Assembly: GCA_963720565.1 (NCBI GenBank)
Contig: CAVRFW010000007.1
Location: forward strand, 56,404 to 120,403
Length of the DNA: 64,000 nucleotides
Source: Candidatus Bathyarchaeota archaeon
Lineage (GTDB): Archaea > Thermoproteota > Bathyarchaeia > Bathyarchaeales > Bathycorpusculaceae
Direction: 5' to 3'
The notes under the pieces: generated by a model
What the model saw: the letters and a program-made list of their open reading frames with translations, nothing else
Told to the model about the DNA's origin: nothing
Database searches by the model: none
Program-made: the position numbers and the translations under genes
Shown: positions 50,269 to 61,626 of the stretch, one piece after another
Numbering within the stretch: the first letter of the stretch is position 1
Layout of the letters: each line of letters begins with the position of its first letter

Positions 50269-52848
50269 ATGCTAAGAAACAAAATGACTTTAGCGATTGC
50301 TTTGTTTCTGATGGTTACATTGTCTGTTACTATTGTTGCTTTTCCCTTTGCGAATGCCCAGGCGAGGCAAATCACTTCTTACTGCTATCTTAGCGTTGAG
50401 CCCAACCCAGTTGGAGTCGGTCAAGCCACATTCATTTCCGTGTGGGTTGACGCGGTGTTCCCCGATGCAAATTTCGATAATCAAGTTAGGCGGCATGACT
50501 ACAAGATCACTGTCACCGAGCCTGACGGATCCGTGGCTATGACGAAAACGTGGGCCGTTGTAGAGGACACGACGGGAGTTGCCTTTACCAGTTTCACGCC
50601 TGATCAGGTCGGAACGTACACCGTGTTGTTCGAGTACGCTGGACAAACCTACATTTGGAACGGTACAGCTGCTCAGCGTCAATGGACTGGGACAGTTTTT
50701 CTGCCGGACTCTAGAACGTTGCCTTTGGTAGTGCAGGCGGAACCGCTGCCTGAACCCATCTTTAGTTATCCTCTTCCGGCTGAGTATTGGACGCGACCGA
50801 TAGAAGGACAGAACCTTGACTGGTACAGTATCTCGTCGCATTGGCTGCGTGAGGCATATTTCGGGACTTATGCGACTCCGGGAGGTCGTCTCAATCTTTG
50901 GCAGACTGACGGCGTTGGGCCGAACAGCGGGCACATTGTTTGGACGAGGCCTGTCGAGTTCGGAGGTGTCGTGGGCGGAACCTATCTTCCCTCTAATGGC
51001 AGTACGTACTATTCGGGTGGCTCGTACGAAGGCAGGCTGGGAGACGCGATGATCATGCAGGGAAGACTTTACTTCACCATGCCTCTTGGCCATTCCGGCG
51101 GCAGCGGCGGGTACATCTGTGTTGACTTGCGCACTGGTGAGCAGTTATGGTATCGAGCGGACATCGGAAGCGGAGGCGGATACAGCTCGAGCAAAGGAGA
51201 ATTATACGACTATGACTCTCAGAATCAGCATGGTGTAGGAGGAGGCATTGCTTGGCAGATTTCTGGTACCACTTGGAGCGCTTTCGACGGGTTCTCTGGA
51301 AAGTGGATGTATAACCTAACTGATGTTCCTTCAGGAACCGAAGTTTACAATGACAAGGGCGAAATTGTGCGGTACGTTTTCAACTATGCGAACCGCTGGA
51401 TGGCCTTGTGGAACTGGACTGAGGCGCTCGGAACTCGTCTTGGCCCGACGGATACGAATTATGGTCAGTGGAGACCTTTAAACAAGGTTATCAATACTTC
51501 ATCTGCCTATTCTTGGAATGTTACCCTGCCGAATTTGCCGGGGTCTGCTAACCCCTCGATTATCTACATTTTGCCTGGCGATAGAATAATCGGCACGAGC
51601 TCTTCGGTGACGACGGGTACTTATGGAATGGCGAACAGGGGCATGTCGAATCCGTGGACGGTGTGGGCGATAAGCGATAAGCCGGAATCTCGAGGTCAAA
51701 TTTTATGGCTCAAGGATTACCCGGCTCCTGCTGGCGACATTGGCTTGACGTTTGGTCCTTTGGATCCCGTGAATCGGGTTTGGACTATAGCTGAGGCAGA
51801 GACGTTCCAATGGTTAGGGTACAGCGTTGAGAATGGTGAAAAACTGTGGGGTCCAACGAGCATTGCTATGCGTGATATGCAGTACTTCAGCAGCGGCTCC
51901 GGTGCAGGACAGAGAGCCGTAACCGCTTACGGCAACATTTACACGCAGGGTTACGGTGGAGAAATGTTCTGCATTAACACAAAGACAGGCAATCTGGTTT
52001 GGAAATATAATGACACGTACAGTGGTCTTCAGTCGCCTTGGGGATACCTGCCGATTCTCTTGGCTGCGGTGGCTGACGGAAAAGTCTATGCTTTCAACAA
52101 TGAGCATTCGCCTAACTCGCCGCTCTATAGAGGTTACCAGGTTCACTGCATCGACGCTTATACTGGAGAAGGAATTTGGAAGATGAACGGCTGGGCCGGC
52201 ACCATAGGCGGTCACGGCGTATCAACTTGCGTTCTTGCAGACGGCTATTTTGTGTACTACAATTTCTATGATAACTCGGTGTACTCTGTGGGCAAGGGTC
52301 CAAGTGAGACAGCGGTCACTGTGTCCCCGGAAATCACGGTTGAGGGCAGCAGCGTGCTGATAAAAGGCTCGGTCACGGACATTTCTGCTGGAACACAGCA
52401 AGCAGAACAGATTGCTCGCTTTCCGAAAGGCGTACCGGCAGTAGCTGATGAAAGCATGAGCAACTGGATGGAGTACGTTTACATGCAGAAACCCCGCCCG
52501 ACCGACGCAGTTGGAGTTCCAGTGCAGATATACGTCCTTGACGCCAACGGCAACTACCGAAACATCGGCACAGCCACAGCGAACTCGGACGGATTCTTCA
52601 GCTATCAATGGAAACCCGATATTCCAGGCAAATACTCTGTTTACGCCTACTTCGAAGGTTCTGATTCCTACTGGCCTTCGCACGCTGTTTCAGCGTTCGC
52701 GGTCGATGAAGCGGCCGACGCTACACCTGAACCGACACGGGCACCAACATCTTTGGCTGATCAATATCTGCTGCCTGCAACAGGCGGAATAATCGCGGCA
52801 ATCGCAATAGTCGGCGCAGCAATACTGCTGATGCTTAGAAAAAAGTAG
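50269..52848 (+). CDS. Large PQQ-binding-like beta-propeller surface protein with C-terminal TM anchor
   Basis: PNPVGVGQ, EYWTRPIEGQN, ADGKVY, YDNSVYSVGKGPS, GVPAV.DESM..WMEY motifs; TM-LRKK; AGGAG RBS. Confidence 0.9.
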   Translation: MLRNKMTLAIALFLMVTLSVTIVAFPFANAQARQITSYCYLSVEPNPVGVGQATFISVWVDAVFPDANFDNQVRRHDYKITVTEPDGSVAMTKTWAVVEDTTGVAFTSFTPDQVGTYTVLFEYAGQTYIWNGTAAQRQWTGTVFLPDSRTLPLVVQAEPLPEPIFSYPLPAEYWTRPIEGQNLDWYSISSHWLREAYFGTYATPGGRLNLWQTDGVGPNSGHIVWTRPVEFGGVVGGTYLPSNGSTYYSGGSYEGRLGDAMIMQGRLYFTMPLGHSGGSGGYICVDLRTGEQLWYRADIGSGGGYSSSKGELYDYDSQNQHGVGGGIAWQISGTTWSAFDGFSGKWMYNLTDVPSGTEVYNDKGEIVRYVFNYANRWMALWNWTEALGTRLGPTDTNYGQWRPLNKVINTSSAYSWNVTLPNLPGSANPSIIYILPGDRIIGTSSSVTTGTYGMANRGMSNPWTVWAISDKPESRGQILWLKDYPAPAGDIGLTFGPLDPVNRVWTIAEAETFQWLGYSVENGEKLWGPTSIAMRDMQYFSSGSGAGQRAVTAYGNIYTQGYGGEMFCINTKTGNLVWKYNDTYSGLQSPWGYLPILLAAVADGKVYAFNNEHSPNSPLYRGYQVHCIDAYTGEGIWKMNGWAGTIGGHGVSTCVLADGYFVYYNFYDNSVYSVGKGPSETAVTVSPEITVEGSSVLIKGSVTDISAGTQQAEQIARFPKGVPAVADESMSNWMEYVYMQKPRPTDAVGVPVQIYVLDANGNYRNIGTATANSDGFFSYQWKPDIPGKYSVYAYFEGSDSYWPSHAVSAFAVDEAADATPEPTRAPTSLADQYLLPATGGIIAAIAIVGAAILLMLRKK

Positions 52849-53157
52849 AAGCTTGAGAAGACACAGATCTTCTCTTTCCCCTTTTTTAGTACGCAATAAA
52901 TCAGTCAGTTGTAGTCGTCTTCTGATTTTTTTGCGGGACGACTACTTCCAGTTAACGTTGTGCCTATCGAAACAGCAGCTGCGGAAAAACGAAGGCGTTC
53001 TTGAAGAGCTCAGGCATTAAACAGACAAGTAGAAGAAAAACGGTAGAAAACAGTTGTTGCTCTTGTTTTTCTTCTTCTATTCTAGCGGGCGAATATAGGT
53101 AGGAAAACCTTAGTACTTTAGATGCCTATCTGTTGACATTCAGGATGGTTAGTTGAA

Positions 53158-54006
53158 GTGCAGAAGCTTGAGCTCCGGGAATTGAGTGCTGGGTACGGAT
53201 CGGAAGAGGTTATTCATAAAATTAGCCTTAAGATAACTGAGCCGTCGATCTATGTTGTCCTTGGACCCAATGGGGCGGGGAAAACTACTCTTTTTAGGAC
53301 AATATGCGGTATTCTGAAGCCGTTTTCTGGTCAGGCAACGTTTGATGATGCTGATCTTTTCGAGTCCAAAGAGGCGCGTAGAAGGTTGGCTTATCTTTCG
53401 CATCTGAATGCGCTCCCGGAGGAGATGACTGTGTTCAAAGCGTTGAAGTATTATGCTGATATCGAGGGCGGAGACGTTGAACATGTCCTTGATGTTCTCA
53501 ACTTGAACGATCTTAGGGACAAAAAGTTTTCGTCGCTTTCGCAGGGACAAAAGAAGAGGGTTTCAGTTGGCAAGATCCTCCTCAGGGAAAGAGATATGTA
53601 TCTTCTTGATGAGCCAACTTCTAATGTTGATCCGAAGATTTCCAGAGAACTCAGAGAAATACTCGTCAAGCTTAGTATGGACAAGTTCGTTCTTTATTCG
53701 TCGCATAATCTCTATGAGGCAAGAGAGATTGGCAAGTACCTGATATTGATCAAGAATGGGGAGCTCAGGTTTTTTGACAAGATGGAGAATTTGAGAACGG
53801 GACAGTATCGTGTAGGCATCAAGACTCTCAATGACGTATCAAAGTTGATGCCGGAAGCCGTGTTTGAAAATGGGTATTACGTTAAGACTGTTAATGGCCC
53901 GCAAGAGGTTGCAAAGATTGTTCGCGATCTTGTGCAGGAAGGCGCTGAAATCGTGGAGCTGCGCGAGTTGGATAATCCGTTGCAGGAGTTTTTTGAGGAG
54001 GAGTAA
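53158..54006 (+). CDS. ABC transporter ATP-binding protein
   Basis: GPNGAGKTT, LSQGQKKR, LLDEP, SSH. Confidence 0.92.
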   Translation: MQKLELRELSAGYGSEEVIHKISLKITEPSIYVVLGPNGAGKTTLFRTICGILKPFSGQATFDDADLFESKEARRRLAYLSHLNALPEEMTVFKALKYYADIEGGDVEHVLDVLNLNDLRDKKFSSLSQGQKKRVSVGKILLRERDMYLLDEPTSNVDPKISRELREILVKLSMDKFVLYSSHNLYEAREIGKYLILIKNGELRFFDKMENLRTGQYRVGIKTLNDVSKLMPEAVFENGYYVKTVNGPQEVAKIVRDLVQEGAEIVELRELDNPLQEFFEEE

Positions 54007-54008
54007 AG

Positions 54009-54713
54009 ATGAGTTTTTCGCAAGTTACGAGAAAGAGAAGTGTGGGACTCAGCAAAACCTACTTCATTTTAGGCCTAGTAATGACTGTCTACGGCGTCAT
54101 CTTGTCGAATGTCTTAACGTTGATTCCTGAGGATGCTGGAAACATGGGAGGCACTCCTGTTGAATTGCTGAATAGTTTTCCTTTCTTGTCAGTGGCTTTC
54201 CTATCGCTTTCTGCCCTGCTTTTTTCGCTGCCTGTGGTGATGCTGTTTGTTTACGACAAGAACAATGGAGTGCTGGAGTACCTTCTTTCGACCGGCCTTG
54301 ACCAGCTTGACATCTTTAAGGGATATGTTAAGGCTGCATTGTCGCTGGCGGCTTACCTGCTGGTCTTCGCGGTTGTGTTTAACACGGTTTTCGGAGTTTT
54401 TCTGGGAACCAGTTTGACGTTGTTGGCTGTGATGGCTGTTCTCACGTTTGTTATTGGCATGTCAGAGGTTTTTCTGGTTACTATTTCGATGATGGCTTTT
54501 AGTTCGCTTCAGAAAACGCCGATGGGTGCGAATCAGCCCTTGGGAATCATAGTCGGGATTGTTCCGATGTTTCCCGCGTTGATACTGCCGATGATATTTC
54601 CATTATACGCCGTGCTCATCGATAGCCTGATTGCAGCGATAACCTTACTGATTTCGCTAGCATTACTCATGTCCGTTGGTCGCCTCATCCTAAGAGAAAA
54701 ACTACTGCCTTAA
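54009..54713 (+). CDS. ABC-2 type permease
   Basis: Six TMs; DK.NGVLEYLLSTG motif; adjacent to ATPase. Confidence 0.8.
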   Translation: MSFSQVTRKRSVGLSKTYFILGLVMTVYGVILSNVLTLIPEDAGNMGGTPVELLNSFPFLSVAFLSLSALLFSLPVVMLFVYDKNNGVLEYLLSTGLDQLDIFKGYVKAALSLAAYLLVFAVVFNTVFGVFLGTSLTLLAVMAVLTFVIGMSEVFLVTISMMAFSSLQKTPMGANQPLGIIVGIVPMFPALILPMIFPLYAVLIDSLIAAITLLISLALLMSVGRLILREKLLP

Positions 54714-54857
54714 GAGGCGCGCGCCGCTGCAGACGATCTTCTTAGTCTTAGCAAAAGGAGTAAAGGTGGCGCAGAATAGAATAGCAAAATCTTTTGAGGA
54801 TTTCTGTTAAAAGTTGTTGTTACGGGTGAAAATTGCTTGTAACAACAACTACTTGTT

Positions 54858-55620
54858 TTAGGAGCTATGCGTGGTTTCCCATTTTGTTTGGCAGTCTTCG
54901 CACAGCCACACTGTTTCGTTCTTGAAGGTTTCGGCTTGACAGCAGGTCAGCTTGGTTTGACCGCAGACTCCGCACTGGGTGCCATCCATAGCCGGTGTTG
55001 CTCCAGTGGACACTTGCGAAGTCGTCAATTTTGTTTAGGTTTGATTCTTGGGTTTTTTCTGTTTTAGGCTCCTTGCATGTGGACATTTCGGTTTTTATCA
55101 TTTGGTTGTTGCTGTTTTCGTTTTCTAATCTTGAATTGGGCTGTGATGGCATCGGGACATGGGACCTTGTTGAGGTGTCGTTTCGAAAATTCGTGTCAGA
55201 GCGTTGTTCCGGTTGGGCTGCTGTGTCCTTTTCGTCCTTAGGGGGTTCTTGTTTTGGTGGGTAGTTGAATTTCAAGGGTATGCCTTTTGCTTGGGCGGCT
55301 GTCTCGACCGTGTTTATCCATGTTTCGAGGGCTTTTTGGTGAAACAGTCGCAGTAGTTGGATGTTTTGGAGGAGGTCCAGGTTCTCGGGTTCCTTCTGCA
55401 TCAGTTGGTACTGGTAGGTCTTGCTTTGGGTTTCCTCTTTGAGGTAGCCTGCGTTGGCTAGTGTTTTGAGCATGCGGTATGCGGTTTTGGTCGCGACTTT
55501 AAGTTTGGCGGCTACGTCGTTCTTGTTTAGCGATACGTCTGTATTTGTGAAGAGCCTGAGGGCTTCTTGCTGTCGTTTTTCGATGCGTGAAACAGTTTCC
55601 AGGAAAACAACGGTGAGATC
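54858..55620 (-). pseudogene. 5'-truncated gene with winged-helix and C-terminal zinc finger (frameshift near 54980)
   Basis: NDVAAKLKVATKTAYRMLKTLANAGYL wHTH; alternative frame CGVCG...LCEDC. Confidence 0.6.
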
Positions 55621-55626
55621 AGTCTT

Positions 55627-56064
55627 ATGTGGAGGTCCCAGTTCTACAACGGTCTAATAGCGTTGCTGGTTGACCAGGGACTGAATGATCCAGAAGAGGA
55701 AGAGAGAATTATTCCGGAAGGAAAAGTTCCCTTCATGACGGTTCACCAGGCTAAAGGATTGGAGTTCCCGGTGGTTTTTGTGGCAAGAATGGATGAAAAA
55801 GCGGACCCAGGAGGAGAACACCTTGTTGAGGACGAACTGAACCAATTTAGAAAGAACAAACTGGCTGTTTCAGATGTTCATCAGAAGGCACGTGAAGACC
55901 TTATTCGATTCTACTACGTTGCGTACTCGCGAGCCAGATATGCCTTGGTGTTGCTTCTTAAAGCTGACAAAATTGCTCCGGGAGAAGCGGAGGGCGAACA
56001 CATTAGTTTGGGCGGAAAAAATCTGAATTGGCTAAGACAGGAGCTAAAAATAACGGAGATATAA
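55627..56064 (+). pseudogene. C-terminal fragment of a UvrD/PcrA-type SF1 helicase
   Basis: MTVHQAKGLEFPVVFV (motif V) and R.YYVAYSRAR (motif VI); no N-terminal Walker motifs. Confidence 0.85.
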
Positions 56065-56066
56065 CA

Positions 56067-56990
56067 ATGTGGCAAGAATACTCCAAAATGAAGGTGTCTT
56101 CCAAACCAGAAGTGGAGACTCTCCCCAGATTCAGCTTAACCGGCGACATAGTAGCCCACAGGAGATGCCCACGGCAGTACGGTTTCTTCTCCGTTCGAGG
56201 CTTTGTACCAGCACACACCGTACAAATATTTTATGGGACGATAATTCACGAAGTCCTCGATAGAACACATCACCACTTCCAAGGTCTGAAACGACCCCCG
56301 GACTAAAGGAGAGATACCCACAAGCGAACACATAGAGGGCTATTTTGATGAAGTAGACAATGCGCTTAAGGCGCGTGGGATAAAGGCAATAACTAGAGAC
56401 CTGAAACAGAAAGCCCTTGAGACCTTGATACTCTTCAACCAGATTGAAGGACCTACGCTTTATCCTTTGGTTGTAGATACCGAACACCGAGTTAGAGGAA
56501 CTCGAGAGGTTGGGTACATAATGGAAGGAGTAGTTGATGTACTAGTCGGCCGAACACTAACGTTGAAAAAGGGTTTTCCGATCCATCCCAACTATAAATT
56601 TGGGACTACAAAGGTCAAAAAAGGCCCAAAAACGAAGCAGGTCTTGAATCATACATTTATCAAATGCAAGTCTACTGTGCACTATTCAAAATCAGAAATG
56701 GATGCTTGCCCAAAGCTGCTAAACTCTACTTCCTCAATGAGCTCCAAAACGAAAACCAAAGACCGAAAACCGCAATCTTAGAAGTGGAAATGTCGGATGA
56801 AAAAATAGCAAAAGCTCTCAGCGAATTCGACGATACAGCCGGAAAAATAATCCGAGACCGCGAAAGTCAGATATGGCAGGCGCCCACATGGCAACGCGCA
56901 AAAGACATGGTTGACACCTGCACAATATGCGACATAAGATGGAGCTGCAAGGCATGGCTGACAAAACCTTTCCCTATGCAATATCCGTAA
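56067..56990 (+). pseudogene. PD-(D/E)XK RecB/AddB/Cas4-like nuclease, multiply frameshifted
   Basis: CPRQY, GTIIHEVL, GVVDVL, Q...Y, C-terminal C..C.....C spread across several frames. Confidence 0.75.
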
Positions 56991-57028
56991 AAAAGAGGGC
57001 ACACTAAGACCTAAGTCTGGTTCCGGCG

Positions 57029-57166
57029 CTACTGAGTTTCATGGTCTAAATCGTCTACTTCAATCTGGTAGCATTCTTCACACAAACCGCCAAACGTACA
57101 GTAGTCCTCTTCAGTGATGGTCTTTCCACAACTGCCGTATTCATAAACCTCAGGTTTGGCACTCAT
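57029..57166 (-). CDS. Small acidic Cys-rich (zinc-finger-like) protein, 45 aa
   Basis: My translation MSAKPEVYEYGSCGKTITEEDYCTFGGLCEECYQIEVDDLDHETQ*. Confidence 0.5.
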   Translation of the reverse strand: MSAKPEVYEYGSCGKTITEEDYCTFGGLCEECYQIEVDDLDHETQ

Positions 57167-57313
57167 CTACATCAGGTCTCCGAACATGCTGTCGGATTCC
57201 TCGGTTAGCTGATCGTCCCAGCATTCCCAGCACATGCCCTCATGTTCTTCATGCTCTTCTCTGGTGATTTCCATTCCGCAAACTTCGCAGTGATAACTTT
57301 TCTCGCGACTCAC
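57167..57313 (-). CDS. Small acidic zinc-finger protein, 48 aa
   Basis: My translation MSREKSYHCEVCGMEITREEHEEHEGMCWECWDDQLTEESDSMFGDLM*. Confidence 0.55.
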   Translation of the reverse strand: MSREKSYHCEVCGMEITREEHEEHEGMCWECWDDQLTEESDSMFGDLM

Positions 57314-57601
57314 TTCCACGTTATACCTCGACCCGGGTTATTATGCACCAATTTTAACATGATATATCATAATCTTTTTAGTTTTATGAAAGACTGCTCA
57401 ATCACATATCGAGAATTTCTAAATGAGGACTCCCCGTTTATCCTGCTTGCCAATTGGCCGACGTTGATTTGGGATTCATAAAGTCTTTTTCGTCAAAACT
57501 CCTTAGTCCATATGAAGTGTTCCATATAGCTTCTCCAGGGAACCTGCGGCGTATACTATCTCAGTTAGTTACGCTTTCAAATAGTATGGGACGATTGAGC
57601 G

Positions 57602-58123
57602 TTGAGGGACTATACAACTGCATGTAGCGCTTGTGGAGAGAAAGTGCTACTTCCTTACAAATGTTGGAGCTGCGAAGGTTCGTATTGTTTCCAGCACAGT
57701 CTACATGAAAACCACAGCAACATGAAACCTACCGCGCGTGTAGGAATCAGCACAATTCCGAAAGAAATCAGGGCAAAAGAAACCAAGACTATTCCCCATA
57801 AAGACAGAGACAAAGCGGAAAAAACTATGAGACTGGGTCTTACACCTGTGCAGCCAACAAAGGGGAGAGAAAGGATTAAGGTTTGTCCTTGGTGCAGTCA
57901 TTCTTTGGAGAAGGTAAGAGTCAGAACGCGAGGAAAACTTTCCACATTCTGGACATGCCCTAATCGTAAAACCCACAAGAACATGGTTCGACTGAGCTTC
58001 AGAAAGAGCATTAATCAAACAGGTTCTGATTTGGAGGTTGTTTCAGACACCGAGAGAGATATTTACCGTGAAATAGAGAAAAACGCCAAAAAGGAATTAG
58101 CCAGCAAACGAGATCAATGGTAG
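57602..58123 (+). CDS. AN1-like zinc-finger protein
   Basis: CSACG...LPYKCWSC...YCFQH..ENH plus CPWC...WTCP. Confidence 0.65.
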   Translation: MRDYTTACSACGEKVLLPYKCWSCEGSYCFQHSLHENHSNMKPTARVGISTIPKEIRAKETKTIPHKDRDKAEKTMRLGLTPVQPTKGRERIKVCPWCSHSLEKVRVRTRGKLSTFWTCPNRKTHKNMVRLSFRKSINQTGSDLEVVSDTERDIYREIEKNAKKELASKRDQW

Positions 58124-58349
58124 ATATCCTCTGCAAAAGCACACACTTTAGCAACAGCTTGAAGAGGCCAATTGTGCTAAGTATAATTTTCATAATACAA
58201 CAGATTCGGTTAGCCCTTTCTCTTATTCCGGACCTCACTTTCTCAGTTATTCGCGCAGGCAAATTCTCGTTACAAGAAAAAATTGACCACAGAGCAGGAA
58301 AAACATAACTGCATCGCAATCCCAGTTGCATTCAGGACGCAAGAAGTAT

Positions 58350-59009
58350 ATGGCTTCAAAATACAACCTTAAGAATACTCGGAAAGAAGCCTTCCAAAAA
58401 GCAGTTATCGCGTTTTATGCTAACCGTGGGCGAATATATCCTTGGAGGCAATCAGTTGATCCTTACGAAATCCTGGTTGCGGAAGTGCTCATCAAACTTA
58501 CAGGAGCAGGCAAGGCGGAACCCGTTTACAGAAAACTCATTGCCATATATGGAGATCCAAAATTAATGTCCGAAGCAGATATCGGGGAACTGGAAGAGAT
58601 GATACGTCCACTAGGACTTATTAACAGGGCAAAAATGCTGGTTGACCTGTCTAAAACATTAGTCGAAAACTTCGAAGGGCATGTTCCGGAAGATTATTCT
58701 GCGTTGACAAGCCTGAAAGGTGTTGGGCGCTACACGGCAAACGCGGTCCTCTGCCTCGCATACGGAATCAGGGTTCCACTGGTAGACGAGAGCGTGAAGC
58801 GCGTTTTTGCAAGATGCTTGAATTTTCCATCTAAGAAACCAGCTCATATGGATGAAGGCCTTTGGTCTTTTGCCACGGGTCTTCTCCCGAAAAGAAAGGT
58901 CAAAGAGTACAACTTGGGGCTGATTGACTTGGGAGCATTGTTTTGCAAGCACTCCAAATCATCTTGCGTAGAATGCCCAGTAAATCTCAGTCCAAAGGCA
59001 TCCAGCTAG
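58350..59009 (+). CDS. HhH-GPD DNA glycosylase (MutY/Mig/endonuclease III family)
   Basis: PWR...PY.ILVAE, LKGVGRYTANAV, VD..V.R, C......C..CP (Fe-S motif missing its last Cys). Confidence 0.88.
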   Translation: MASKYNLKNTRKEAFQKAVIAFYANRGRIYPWRQSVDPYEILVAEVLIKLTGAGKAEPVYRKLIAIYGDPKLMSEADIGELEEMIRPLGLINRAKMLVDLSKTLVENFEGHVPEDYSALTSLKGVGRYTANAVLCLAYGIRVPLVDESVKRVFARCLNFPSKKPAHMDEGLWSFATGLLPKRKVKEYNLGLIDLGALFCKHSKSSCVECPVNLSPKASS

Positions 59010-59073
59010 TGGTTATCAAACGGATAGAGCATAAAATTTAAACTCGTTTCTTAATAGAATTAAAGTGACAGTG

Positions 59074-59592
59074 ATGACGCCAGAAAGCCATTCAATACAC
59101 AAGAAAATAGGCGACATATTCGAAAAGATGGTTTCCTGTAACTGATGCTGAACTCTGCTGCGAGACACAACATGCGGTGGAAAACAACGTATCCCGCTGT
59201 TTTGTTCACCCACGAAGTCACGAGCGACAAAATATTCCAACGTTGACATGCTCCTCCTGAAAAATGGCAAAATCAAGGTCATCGTGGAAATCGAAGAGTC
59301 TGATGTTAAGCCAACCCAAATATGTGGAAAACTTCTCACCTCAGCGCTAAGCAACTTTTACATCTATGAATCCAACGCAAATCAATCTATAGGGATGGCT
59401 GACTCCATTCTATTCATACAGATAGTTGATACTTCAAAGACCTTCAGAACCGAAGCCAAGCGTTCACAGTGGAAAACTCTGGAGAAATCAATAAACCACA
59501 TATTGCCAATAAAAGGCAGCAAGATAACGATGTATAGACTACTGACAACCGACGAATTGAATGAACTTGAGAACATAATCGAGAGAGCTTAA
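59074..59592 (+). pseudogene. Possible restriction-endonuclease-fold protein with two in-frame TGA codons
   Basis: VDMLLL...VIVEIEES resembles a PD-(D/E)xK core; reading frame continues upstream of ORF 59248 to ATG 59074. Confidence 0.45.
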
Positions 59593-59970
59593 CCCCTTAT
59601 AAGAACAATAACCAACTATTTCCACAAAACTCCAAATATCGTTCTGCCATAGAAAAAACAGAAACACCTCAGTCTCATGCACTGCTGTCGCGATTGCACC
59701 CATACATTCTGCGCGCACACTAGCTGAATTCAGAGGATTATGCGAAGCTTAGATGCGTAAGATAATTAGAAGTAGTAGACCCGGTGATATTTCTCGGGGT
59801 GACTACTTCTCGTAGCTCCAGAAAGCTGCTACCAGACGAGAGTATCCATGGCACCTACATTTTCTAAGCGCGCGTTCTTAAACGGCCTATAGTGAAAAAT
59901 GTTATAGCTGTACTTCAGAAATATACTTACCAACTTACAGGAGACACCCTAGCTGAAGACTCCTTGGATA

Positions 59971-60977
59971 TTGGTTGTTGTGATGCTCCTTGTCGGAATC
60001 TGCATTGTCACGATTTATTTTTATCATAAACCAGCTGAAAGCGAAGTTAATGTTTGCTTGCACTTATCGGACTATAACAATCAGACTATTTCGTTTCTTC
60101 TTGATCTGAGGGTTAGCTGGGTTAGAACTGACTGGACAACTCCTGACGAATCGATGAGAAATTACTCACAGGACCTTCAAGACAACAACATCAACCTCCT
60201 CGCCATCATAGACCACAAAACATTCGGATACCGAATCCCCACATTGGAAGAATGGAACAGAACCATAACGGAACTCGTAACTTCCGAGGACTTCAGAAAC
60301 ACAGACGCAGTTGAGATATGGAACGAACCAAACAGTGACTCGTTTGAATCATCCATTGAACCAGAAGTCTACTATGAAATGCTAAAGAGTGCATACGCAA
60401 TAATCAAAAACTACACAACAATTCCTGTTGTTTTCGCCGGAGTCTCACCAAATGTTCCTGGCTGGAAGACTTACTTGAGCACAGTCTTTGCTTTTGATGA
60501 CACGCAGGACTACTTTGATTACATGGGCATTCACTTGTATGATGACACGACAACAAATCTGGAACATTTGCAGTTTGTTAAGGCTCTAACGTCGAAGCCA
60601 ATTTGGCTGACTGAAACAGGGCAGCCGTCAGAAACAGATGGCTATACTGAAGCAACACAGGCCGAATATCTGAGGTCTGTGTACTCCACTCTTGAACCGT
60701 AGTTGACAAGATATTCATTTATGAGTTAAGAGACGGCAGGTGGGCACCCTTGAACAAGGAAAACTACTTCGGACTACTGACCCTCGAAGGAGCCAAAAAG
60801 GAAGCATACGACATAGTCTGGAAAATTAGTAGAAACCAAGAGAAAAGTGATCACTCCGTCATGTCTAATGTCTCGATGACGTTTAGACTCTTCCTGAGCC
60901 TGTTTCGGCGAAATAGAATGAACAATCGGATATTTTTAAGAAGGGCACGATCATTAAGCCCCTTTTTCATCAGCTGA
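59971..60977 (+). CDS. Clan GH-A glycoside hydrolase (GH5/GH39-like), frameshift near 60700
   Basis: EIWNEPN acid/base, GIHLY, IWLTETG nucleophile; ENYFGLL...K.AY in the next frame. Confidence 0.8.
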
Positions 60978-61107
60978 TCCTAGAAAGGTTCCACACATCT
61001 TTGAAAGCTATTGCAACAGAAGTATCTATAATCAAGTGTCAGACGAAATCGTATGCGTTCAACTTTTAAGCGTGTTTTGTGCATTATTGTGTCTTGGCGA
61101 ATAAGAC

Positions 61108-61626
61108 ATGTTTGAGGGTTCTTCGGAGTTTAGTCCGATTAACGCTAGTTTGCTGGTTGTTGTTCCTGGTGGCCAAACGAAGATCTGGAAGTTTGATCCG
61201 AAGCATGGTCCAGTTAAGGCTATGGACGCGTATGCGGGTTCGCCGTTCCAGGTTAACAAGGCTTTCGCCCAGCTTTTCAGTGACAGGTGGGTGATCTTGT
61301 CTGCAAAACACGGCTTCATGGACCCAGACTATATGATTCCCGGAGACTACGACGCGGCCTTCAAGAAGCCCCAGACAAACCCGATAAGCCTCGACGAGCT
61401 CGAAAAACAGGTGCAGGAGAAGAACCTGCGCGAATGCAACTTTGTCGTCGTGCTCGGCGGAGAAGAATACGTAGACATAGTAACCCGCCTCTTCCAGGGA
61501 CACAGCAAAGTACTAACTCCAACGAAGGATCCTGCGATGGGAACGGGAATGCAACGCGTAAAATCCCTCCTGAACATGTCAAGAGAAACAATGCTCAAAA
61601 CACTCACAACCCAAAACGAACCCTAG
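61108..61626 (+). CDS. DUF6884-like protein
   Basis: K.W...A.DAY.G..F, ILSAKHG...PD..I..YD motifs. Confidence 0.6.
   Translation: MFEGSSEFSPINASLLVVVPGGQTKIWKFDPKHGPVKAMDAYAGSPFQVNKAFAQLFSDRWVILSAKHGFMDPDYMIPGDYDAAFKKPQTNPISLDELEKQVQEKNLRECNFVVVLGGEEYVDIVTRLFQGHSKVLTPTKDPAMGTGMQRVKSLLNMSRETMLKTLTTQNEP

Noticed and set aside
50290..52683. Long antisense ORFs (e.g. 50290-51093, 52222-52683; similarly 31209-31724, 47445-47891)
   Set aside because: Shadow frames of well-supported genes with no recognisable motifs.
56067..56990. cas4 / CRISPR adaptation gene
   Set aside because: Context is directly downstream of a UvrD helicase with no cas1/cas2 or array, which fits an AddB/RecB-like nuclease better.
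59140..59152. Selenocysteine readthrough at TGA-TGC-TGA
   Set aside because: Not a recognisable selenoprotein family and no SECIS identified; more likely decay or compensating indels.
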